DNA of 52,899 bases, counting the filler, from Bipalium vagum (lineage: Eukaryota): assembly GCA_037834085.1 (NCBI GenBank). It is 3 parts of 3 records of this genome, joined end to end, with 100 filler letters (N's around TTAATTAATTAA, not from the genome) between each part and the next. Parts side by side here need not be neighbours in the genome. Positions count along the whole stretch, not along the records: positions 16,602 to 33,713 come from JBBMKC010078210.1; positions 33,814 to 52,899 come from JBBMKC010011346.1; 1 more part is not named here. The stretch is one strand, 5' to 3'. A program made the translations under genes and the position numbers. The notes below the pieces were generated by a model. The model made no database searches. It saw only the letters and a list, made by a program, of their open reading frames with translations, and had not been told where the DNA came from. Below, in pieces: positions 23,666 to 52,899 of the stretch. Each line of letters opens with the position of its first letter. Within the stretch, counting starts at the first letter, position 1.

Positions 23666-26600
23666 AATATATATAAATGGTCTAATTTTATCGGATTTCT
23701 CCTAAAATCAATTTATTTTTTTTAAACAAGAAAACTATTCATATGCAATATTATCAAACATTTTATGCATGTGGCGGAATCATATCATGGATGTATGAAG
23801 CTTTGAATGAAAGAAGTAACTATTACATATCTTTACAAAAAAAGGATTTATTTATTTATTCTTGTCTATCTTTAATGATCTGCAAATTTAAAATGTTACT
23901 TTTAATTAATATTTAATATTAAAATTTCAAAATTGGGACTATCAGTAAGTCAGGTCTAATATTATTTAAATCACATTTAATTAATAATTTTTTATTTAAT
24001 AAATCATTTATAAACTTACATTTAATATATTTGATGGAAATATTTTTAAAATTATTTTTATAATTCGAGATATTATTTTAAACTTAAATATAAAAATAAA
24101 AAGTAAAAGAATTTGTAAAAACAGGGAAAATATTATAACTAAATTTAAAATATTTCAAGGATAAAATGTAAATAGAATAAAAGAATATTATTGTGTTGAA
24201 TAAAATGGGAAAGAAAATATTTTGTATTTTTCCTCAAAAGAATTTTTCTTCAATATACTTTTTTTAAAATAAAATACTGGTTGAAAATAAGGAGAATAAT
24301 TTAAGAGTTATACCCGTCACCTTTGAGTTATCATTCATTTCATATTATAAAATAATTTATAAAGTAAAGCCTTCACTTTGCAATATGTTTGGGGAAGGAA
24401 GAATCAATCAGTGACATTTTGTGATTAGATTAATCCAATATTTCATTTGATGGTCATATTTATATTCTGCTTTACAATTGTCAATTCACTTTGGTAACTT
24501 TGTGTGCTGTCCCGATAAAAAATGATATTTAAACAAATTAATCGTAGTTCACTGTAGTACTTTCCTCAATGTAATATATCATTAACATACCTATCGACGT
24601 CCCTTATCTTTCCCGCCAATCGCTCTTTCTTTAACTACAATGGAGGGGAAGATCTAGTTTTTGACCAGAGCAACCTTTCCTGTTTTAATTTACCATCATG
24701 ATAATAAAATAATGTCTCATTGACAGTTATGAAACGGGAATAAAATTTGTTTTATTCTGTTCAAAAATTTTAATTAGTTTTCAAAAAATTATTTTCTAGG
24801 GCTGTCGGAAATATTTTTCCAATTCTTTTATATATGCAATATGTGTTTCAAAATATTACGTACACGTTCAAAGAAGATTAAAATTATCTGATCTTTTTCA
24901 GAAGTAGGTTTACTTGGTATTCCATTAGAAATATCATGGATTTCATCAAAGATTTTGTTGTTTACAAAAATTCTGAGCCATCACTGCATAGATCATCCTC
25001 AAATGTGTTGTCAACACATTTAAATGCAGTGAAACAAGATATCACTTAGACGTACTGAGGACTCCATGTACCCAAGAAATTTAACATATCCGTATGAATT
25101 TCTTTCTTTTTTAATTCTTTATAAAATAAGTCCACAAATTCTTTATTTTAAAATTGTAAAAAAGTTAAATTAACTTATACAGATATTCAATTATAAATTT
25201 ATTTGAAATTTGAGTCACATAAAAGATGGACCATTTGATTAAACACAAGTTTTTCAGATAATGCAGTTTAATTTGAAGGACCCAACACTTTAATGAAACC
25301 TAGTAAAATAATATTTGAAGAATGAAAATTAGTTTATGAAAGCATAATTGCCTGTCATTTAAAATAATCACTGATGAAAAGTTTTTTTTTAATTTTCACC
25401 AATAATAGTGATTTTATTTAATTTTTCTACTAATATAATAAAAATTATAATCGGTTTAAAATGACTAAGAATTTTTATTTAACTTTTATATATTATATAA
25501 TATATTTTATATAATAGTTTTGTAAAGATAACAAAAAATATTTGTTACTTTTTTCTATTTTAATTTTATCAATTTATAAATTTTGATTTAAAGTTATATT
25601 CTAAATTTTTAATTCTTAATAAATTTTTAAAATTTTTATATTATATTTTTATTATATTAATAATTTATCTTTATTTTATTTTATGTTGTTCTTGCCTATT
25701 CAAATAAATAATTTGATAAAAAGATACAATTTTTCAAAACATAAATTCCAAATAAATATTTAATTTAAAATTATGAATTTTTAAATTTTTTTTACGTTTT
25801 TTAAATTATTACAAAAGAAATGCTTTTTATATTAAATATATTTCAAAATATATTTTTCACTGAAATTTTGAAAAACATTGTTACCCCTTCTTTTATTAAA
25901 ATATATAAAATATACTATATTAATACTGTAAAGCCTTCTAATGAGTAATTGGGGTTTTGAATTCAACATGATAATGGCATTTTTCATTCTATCCAGAAAA
26001 AAATAAAAAAAGATTAGACTTAGAAGTAATGGTAAATCGACATAATTCCTTTAAATATCTTATCTTTGAAATCTAAATGAAAGATTAAAGTGAAAGACTT
26101 TGGATTGAAATAAATGCTTCCACAGTATATAAGAGATAAGGAAAAAAGTTTACGAAATATAAAGACGAATATAAATACCAAGGATGTCATTTAATCTCTT
26201 AAATATCCATATTGTTTTATTGCTACATCTGTACGGCTGTTTGAAATTTTATATATATTTTTATTTATTTATTTATGTGATATACAGTAATTCTCTCGGA
26301 TGATTGTATTTTTCATTTCTTATGATATTTCACATTTTTACGGAAAGGTCTTTTATAAATACAAAATATTATATAAAAAATATTATATATATTATTATAT
26401 ATATAAAATACACATAAGGGTACTAATGAATATTAGAATACAAATTAAAAGGAGAAATCAAACATGAGCAAACAAGAATTATATTTTTATTATCATTTAT
26501 AAATAAAAGTTTAAGTACTTTTATATAATAACATAACAGGAAATAGAACTGTTATTCCTTTCTCAATACATAATTAAAAAATCTAAGGAAATTACTTTTT

Positions 26601-26999
26601 GTAAAAATGTAATCTGCTTGGATAAATGTTGGCTGCAATTATCAAAATAAACCTGGAAATGTTATTTGGATAATGTTCACTCTGAACATTTGGAAATACA
26701 TCAGAAGCTTAAAGTAAATATTTAACGACAATTTCACTTTCCTCACTGATTTAATTCGAAAACTTTGGGCTTTCATTCAATAACATAGGCTTTCATAAAT
26801 TTATTTTGAAAAAAGATATATTGCTTTATAAATTAATCATGAATTTTTTGAAATAAATAAATAAACTAAAAGGTTGACTAAATAAAAATGGTATCTTATG
26901 AATATTAAAAGATCCTCGTGGGGACAGGTTTTATAATTATTAACAGTATTTGGTAAGCAATTCAACGTGATTCGAAGTAATTAGAAGATTGTATGCGTA

Positions 27000-27265
27000 G
27001 AAGAATATATTGATTGAAATTTGATTCTCAATTTAGCTACTAGAAAATTTCAGTTTAGAGATGTCTAGAAATACAGTTTCTAAAGGCTGTCAAAGACTGG
27101 AAAAAAATTATTAACCCGAGCAGTGTATAGGATCATAATGCTGAAACAACAAATCAAAAGTGAGCAAGATGAAAGTCGTATTGTATGAAATTGTAAAGTT
27201 GGTGTATTTAGAAATTTTTTCAAAATACAAAAGGAATTTATCCCTAATATTTCTCAATGAACTGA
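27000..27265 (+). mobile_element. Tc1-like N-terminal fragment
   Basis: MSRNTVSK, SEQDESRIV..KVG, IQKEFIPNIS. Confidence 0.45.
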
Positions 27266-27999
27266 AAGTATATGACTTTGTCCGTAATCATTAGGCTAAA
27301 TTGGAGTATAAAAATTCGTTCGTTATTAAGCTGTAGTTCGTTAAATAGAGGTTTACCTGTAAAACGAATTAGAATCATAAACTGTATATTTATTTTCTTA
27401 CTCGATTTCCAGTTCATTATTTATTTTATTTACTATGTCATTATCACCACATACAAAGATGGACCACGAAAAAAATTTTCTACGTGAAAAAATTTTAAAT
27501 GATAAATAATTTTTCAACGTTTAAAATGGAAATATAAAATTTTTTTTTCATTTTAAAATAGCATATCAAATCTCATCTAAATGATTCGCCTCGATGAATA
27601 CATTCAAAAGGAATAAAATAAAACAGACCTGGCTGATGTTATATTTGAACATTTTTAAAATGAATTCTCCTATAGATACAGGAGAAAATGGAATAAGGAT
27701 ATTTATTTATTAAATGCGAATAGATTTAGCAGCCAACTTGACGATATTGGCATTATAAAACGTTTTTCAAGGATTTTTATGTGAATAATTATTTGAAATC
27801 TGTTGGTCAAATATTATTTTGTATTTTACTTTTCATTAATCATTTAATCTTTTTAATAAATATCATAAAAATTATTTATATTAATATGAATCCTATTATA
27901 AAAAAATTAGTTTTATATGTACTGAGTGACCTAAAGGTTTAAGTAAAAGAGCTATTTTTTTCATAGAACAAATAAACTTTTGATCACCTATAGTTTAAC

Positions 28000-28480
28000 T
28001 GATATACATTTCATCATTCTCTCCAAACAACATTGAAACTCAAGTTCTAGAAGCTCAAAATTTACGATTCCTTTCAATTTTCAGAAAACAAACAATATCA
28101 TCTTTCTTGAAGACAATCTTCGCTTTTCAGTCGTTTATGAAACTTTCTATCTTTTGACCCCTACCTTCGGTTCAGTATTATGATACGTGATGTACGTTTT
28201 ATCTCGGATGATTATATTTTTAATATTGGTTCAAGTTCATTATTTCCTGTAAAGATTTTAAAAAAACTTCTTCTGCTAAAATTCTTTTCTGATAAATTAT
28301 GAGGGACTCAAGTAATAGTTTTTTTTTGTAACCAAGCGTTTCCCGATAGTTAGAAACCGTTTGACGAAAAATTTAAAAATCCTTATCAATGACATAAATA
28401 CTTAAAATGTGAGGGTTTTGCTTTATCATTTTCATGATATCGTATCTATTGTTTGCAATGATCGGCCAAAATGAATGACA
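28000..28480 (-). mobile_element. Mariner-like fragment
   Basis: TVSNYRETLGYKKK..*VPHNLSEKN. Confidence 0.45.
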
Positions 28481-28579
28481 CCTTTCAACTCAAAAGTAAA
28501 AGGAAAGTTATTTCAATCCCAGAGAGAAATGATCTGTGCATATTTCAATTTCTATTGTGAGCCAACTCTAGTGTTTTGA

Positions 28580-28850
28580 ATATGGAGGTGATAATTTCAC
28601 TTTCTAGCAAGATTATCCTACAGATTGAAATTCACTTTGTACTGAAAAGAAGAGAGAAACATTGGTCCTCATTTTCACCAGACATTTTCCGATAGAGATG
28701 TTTAGAGAATTGCCTGTCCGTAAAATTTGTAAAGATGGAAGACAATTACAGTTCAATAAAGAGGTAAAATCTGCCATCCTCCTTTCTTGGGAGAACATGG
28801 AAAAGAGAACACTGAAAACCTGGTGAACTCTATGTCAAATAGATTTTTTC
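28580..28850 (+). mobile_element. Tc3/Tc1-like transposase C-terminal fragment
   Basis: FTF*QD, WSSFSPD..PIE, VRKICKDGRQ, VKSAILLSWENM, NLVNSMSNRF. Confidence 0.75.
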
Positions 28851-31419
28851 CAAGTTTTTATTTTTTCTGTAAGTTTAAGTGTACATTTAACACTATTATG
28901 TACTCATGTGATCTAAATTTATCCTATTTTAGTTACTTAGAAAAATTATTTATTTATGTATGCAATATGATATCTTATCGTATTTGTAGGTGTAGGGATA
29001 AATTTGAAATTTGCTTCGCACTATACATTATAATAATAAAAATAATTAGCTTATCTAATAAACTAATTTTTACACAATAGATTTTGTTGTACATAAAAAT
29101 GATATTGTAGTGTAAAAAGTTAACTACGCATAAAAATTTGTAAGAAGTACCTAAATTTAATATTCTTTGTATTTTCAGGAATGGTCAAGGGGTTGATATC
29201 TTTAACATATTTAAATAGTGGAGAGTAATTTTCTTTTTTTTCTCTTTCACATTAATTTTCATATAATATGTTTACTATCTACACGTGCTTTTACTTTTTT
29301 GAAGTTATGTAATGCAATTGTTTTCCTAAGGAAGGCTAAATTTTGATCATCATGAGATGAAAGGAAATTATCAAAATAAAGTCGAATATAAATTCTCAAA
29401 AGAAAAAAATGATATTGAGCATCACATGCGATACTCTGCAGTTTGAAAAATATTAATATTTTACTTTCGATTTTTAAACATTTTCTCATAGGTAGGGAAT
29501 TCTTTTAAGAATCTTTGTTTTAATTAAACCTCGGATTATCATCTTGACAGAAGCAAAATATTGCAAGAGAACCGTTGTAATTCTTCTAAATCAATAATTT
29601 TTAAAATACAATATTAATTTTTGAAGACTTCAGTGGAAAGGAAATTAGTTTGAAATTATTCGACTTCGAAATTAAATCAATTTTTTCAATTGGATTTGTA
29701 AAAAAATATTATTATTATTTAAGTTATAATTTTTTATATTGTTTGAAGTTTGATAACAGTACAAAGTATTAAAGGAATAAAAAAGAAATAATTCCCCAAT
29801 TATATCATGATCCTGTCATATATGTAAGGATTAAATAAAAATTAAATATAATTTAAAAACTGAAAATTAAAAATGTTAAAGTTATATATTACATATATGT
29901 GTGTAAATGTCGAATTATTGAATTTTAAAAACTTTTATATTTAAAACAAATTATAACTTATTTAAAATAAATATTTTAATTAATCTCAGTAAAATGTTTA
30001 TTAAAATATTTTTCTATAATTAATTTTTTTAAATATTAAATAAAGGCTTAGCACTACTTTCAACGACTCAAATATTTTCTTGACACAATTATTATTTTCA
30101 ATTTTGACTTAATGAGTTCAAACAATACCGATATTGTGGCAGTATTTATATACATATAAAAATCTTATTTAACAAACCGATTGCTTTTACATAAGTTTAA
30201 TTAATAATGACAAGCAGATTTATTAAATGTACTACATTTTTAAAAACTTTTTATTTAAAGTATACTTTTAAAGACAATCATGAGATATTGTATAAAGGTA
30301 AAAAATATTTCCAAAAGTCCGCAATATGTTATTAAAGATATTGTTTGACAATTGTCTCCAAAACTGTCTTTTTATAATAAATAATAAATTTTTAAAACCA
30401 TTCATACACAAGTCATACTGTAAGTTTTAAAATGAAATGACATAAATTTTATATTATTTCTGTCAAATATGAGAGATATTTCTCAGATAATTGCGACATG
30501 TTTCATTTTATAACATTTTATTCTTGTTTCATTAAACATCTTTTATGTTCAAGAAATCATTATTTATATAAAGATTTATGAACAATATGATTTACAACCC
30601 AAATATGTGGGGTTCATTTGGGCTTTAATTAATAAATTGTTTTCATATTTTTAAAGATATTTCATTTAGCGAAATCTAGGAAATTAATTTTATAATTCAA
30701 TTTGATTCAAATAATATAAATAAAATATATCTTGCCAGGAATGGTACAATGAAAACTATTCAATTTATCAATGTTGCAAATTGTTTGAGATTTCGTTATT
30801 GGCGCACGATACTAAGATTTTGATACAAGAATAATATAATTAATATTTGAATATCTAAACCTTTCAACTGCTCAAAGTTCTCTTTCATTTGAATCTTATA
30901 TATTTTATCTGTATCGGGAGGTTTCATTGAGATTTAGTTCGTATTTACTAAATGTTTGGTCTATCAAAAACTCATCTTTAGTTTGCAGTTGAACGCTATT
31001 CCTTATCGTAATTGAAAATCAATACCGATTAAGAGTTAACCTTCCTATTCGACACTGGCAATATAAATCGCACTCCAAAAGATTTATACGTTAAATAAAA
31101 TACGGTTCAATCTAAAAATAAAAACATTAAACCAAGACTCTAAACAGAATACAACTAAATTATTATCTTATAAAAATACAACCTTATTTACTTTAATCAA
31201 AGTCAAGAATAATCAATTATTTCAAAGTAAGTAAAAATTCCTGTGAATTAGAAGCCAAAACTCTAAAATATGTAATATCCTATACGTTGTTTGTTTCAAA
31301 AATTGTTTTATAAATGGGGTCTCAAAATAATTTTTATACAAATAAAATAATTATAAATCCGAAGTTTAATGAAATGCATTTTATTTCAAAATTGAATACA
31401 ATCTACAAATATAATCTTT

Positions 31420-31600
31420 TGAGATTCCTAGCTTAAGACTTGCTTGTCTCATTGATGTTTGTGGGCTTCGATTAAACAATTCCAGTATTCTTTCTTCCTT
31501 TGTGGTACAATTCTCCGTTTTCCAGAAAGGTGTTATTAAAAGTTATCTTTTTCGAATTATTCTTTATTTGACTGATTTTCAGTCTTGTTGAGGGATCTAT
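31420..31600 (-). mobile_element. Tc1/mariner-superfamily HTH fragment
   Basis: TKEERILELFNRSPQTSMRQASLKLGISK. Confidence 0.55.
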
Positions 31601-33654
31601 CTAAAGTTCTTTCTTGAACAGGGTCTGTTTTTATGTTTTATGTTTTCAAACTTGGAATAATTTTGATATTAAATTTTTGTTGCTCAAAGTTCAACCTATC
31701 TTTCATGATTCAACCTTTAAGAATAAATATATGGGTTTAAAATAGCGGTAATTTCTTACTAAATATTGGAGTATTTAAAAAAACTATAAAACAAATAATC
31801 AGGACTTATAATTACTTGATAATTTATATTTAAAATGTGTATACAGTTTTTTGAGACACTGTATTTTGATTCAAAATTTTTGGCACTTTTTTATCTTGAC
31901 AGTATTTTCTGGCTGCAAATACCTTTTGTAAGAAATCTTCGAACTTATCGTAGAAATACATTTCCTTACACCCTTTAAAATTATAATTCGTCAACCTAAT
32001 TATCACAAAAATCAATTTAAGCTTCAAAATGTTTCTATTTATTGTAGCCTCTTTATCTTTCTTTTGTTCTGTTTCATAATAATTTCAATAATGAAATATA
32101 AATTTACGGATGTTACATCTTTTTTTATAAGGAAAATCACTATAAAAATGGAATAGAAATGTTTTACATAATAAAAATAATTTTAAAACCATAAATTAAA
32201 ATAAAAATAATGGTGATATCATTATAAATTAGCTCACTTTATGTTTTAATAAGCTGAAATAACTGATTGTTATTTAACAAATATCGAAAAAATATAAAAT
32301 AATTTTGTAACATTTTCAAACATAAAAATGATCAATTTCGGACGGACTATCTTAAAAATATATCAAAAATAAAAATAATATTAAATTCAAGTAAAGTATA
32401 AATTATTAATGTTCCTTTACCTACAGAAAATAATTTTTTAAAAAATTATTAAGTCGTTAATTTTTCTTTTTTTTCTTATTTTTTCTTTATAAGAGATTAA
32501 AATAAAATTCGATTAAGAAGAAAACATAAATTATTTTTTCCAATTTTATTCGATATTACTTGTTATGAACAAAGAAAAATTTTAAAAGAGAATAAAAAAA
32601 GAGGACCCTTTTTGTTTTAAAAATTATTTATTAAAGCAATGAGCAAACCTTCTGAACTTGTTTTAATTTTTCAAAATTAAATATTTTTTTTATCAATTTA
32701 AATGTCTCGTAATTGATCACAGAGAATGTTCGAGTTAAATCCGGAAAATGTTTACTTTGATCTTTCATAATTTTTCCTTTTATTCAATTCAATTGATGAA
32801 AATAAAATAATCCTCTCTCATTATGTTAATGTGAATATGTCTAGGATCATGTTTATGAAAACGAATCCTTTCAGTGACGAAACGAAAAAAAACAACACTT
32901 TCAAGATGAAATGTTTAAATTTAAATCTTTAATAAAATATAAAATATTAAAAAAATGAAATATTTTTGTTTAAATTTTCTAATAAAATATAAATGAAAAA
33001 TTAATTAAATAACACCCAATGTGGCATTTATGAAAAAAATAAAATGATTTTTTAACATTATTATTTTATAAATAAAATCTATTTAAATAAACATTCTTTT
33101 ATATTAATTATTTCCATTTTATTAAGTAATTTGATCATGTCCATTACAATGTTTAGCCGAAAATCATTAAAGATGAGGCTGTAATAAAAAAAAGATAATT
33201 TTATTGATAAACTCATCCATTCAATACATCATTAAAATTTGAGAAATATAAAATTGAAATGAAAATTTTGTCAATATTTAAATAATCGATTTTTGTCAAT
33301 TAAATAACTGTAAATATTACGTTTTCCGATCAATATTGTGATAATTTTTCATTTGTTAATAAAAAAATAAAAAATTTTTATATAATGTATGATTGAAATT
33401 AAAATTTGGCAACTGCAAACTGATTAGACAAAGTTCTGAATATTGTCAGCAACCAACGAATAATCTTCATTTTCTGATTACAATTGTGATTTATTAATGT
33501 TTTAATTAACAACTCAATAATTTGGAAAATTTTGCTCAAAAAATAAATAGGAAATAATAATGAAATTACTAATTATATGAATAATAATAAAAAAATAAAA
33601 TAAACTTAAAAAGTAAAGTAAATAAAACATAATAATGATAATAATAATAAAATA

Positions 33655-33713
33655 TAAATAAATAAAATATTAAATAAAATATTAAATAAAATATTAAATA
33701 AAATATTAAATAA
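33655..33713. repeat. 12-bp tandem repeat (TAAATAAAATAT)n running into the gap
   Basis: At least 4 perfect units. Confidence 0.9.
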
Positions 33714-33813
33714 NNNNNNNNNNNNNNNNNNNNNNNNNNNNNNNNNNNNNNNNNNNNTTAATTAATTAANNNNNNNNNNNNNNNNNNNNNNNNNNNNNNN
33801 NNNNNNNNNNNNN
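33714..33813. other. Scaffolding gap: 44 N + TTAATTAATTAA + 44 N
   Basis: Same structure as 16502-16601. Confidence 0.98.

Positions 33814-33885
<72 letters not shown>
33814..33885. repeat. (AAT)n microsatellite
   Basis: Perfect AAT run after the gap. Confidence 0.98.
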
Positions 33886-33963
33886 TGAAACTAGTATTTA
33901 GAAGTGATTTAAGAGATATCTTTTTTAATTTCTTTTTATAATATTTTTAATTATTTTAACCAG

Positions 33964-52719
<18,756 letters not shown>

Positions 52720-52899
52720 GTGAGAAATTGATTAAAACAATTTAAATAATATTGAAAATAATTATATTAAATGCTAAAAAATAATTTATTTATTTGATTA
52801 GTGATATATGGACAGGGAAAATATTTTTTAAATTTTAAATTAAATTGTTTTTATTTTTTGAAATTATATAAAATTTATTAAATATTATTTAAATATATA

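Overview
Very AT-rich animal (invertebrate) genomic scaffold with spliceosomal introns, the shortest 48-54 nt. The CaMKII sequence is compatible with a flatworm, but the taxon cannot be fixed from this window. There are three assembly gaps, two of them carrying an artificial TTAATTAATTAA spacer. (1) + strand, 33964-52719: nine coding exons of a CaMKII gene covering the kinase C-lobe, regulatory segment and linker. The first four kinase exons were not found and the hub exons lie beyond the window end. (2) - strand, about 1147-13771, invisible to the ORF track: a complete 2-exon, 52-aa secreted prepropeptide gene (signal peptide, then KR-TYYIDAIDAGRLI-KR). It is followed by two near-identical paralogous terminal exons (KK-NYYIDAIDEGRLV-stop) and a more diverged one (K-NYVDDMDESGL). 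All four have a phase-2 'ttcag|A' acceptor compatible with the single signal-peptide exon. This is a candidate neuropeptide gene cluster or alternatively spliced prohormone locus with a pedal peptide/orcokinin-like motif, and is the main discovery. (3) The remainder is mostly decayed DNA transposons (several mariner lineages, Tc1/Tc3, DD37D, DD37E, DD39D, DD41D, piggyBac), a gag-like fragment and simple repeats. All calls are by eye; no database search was run.
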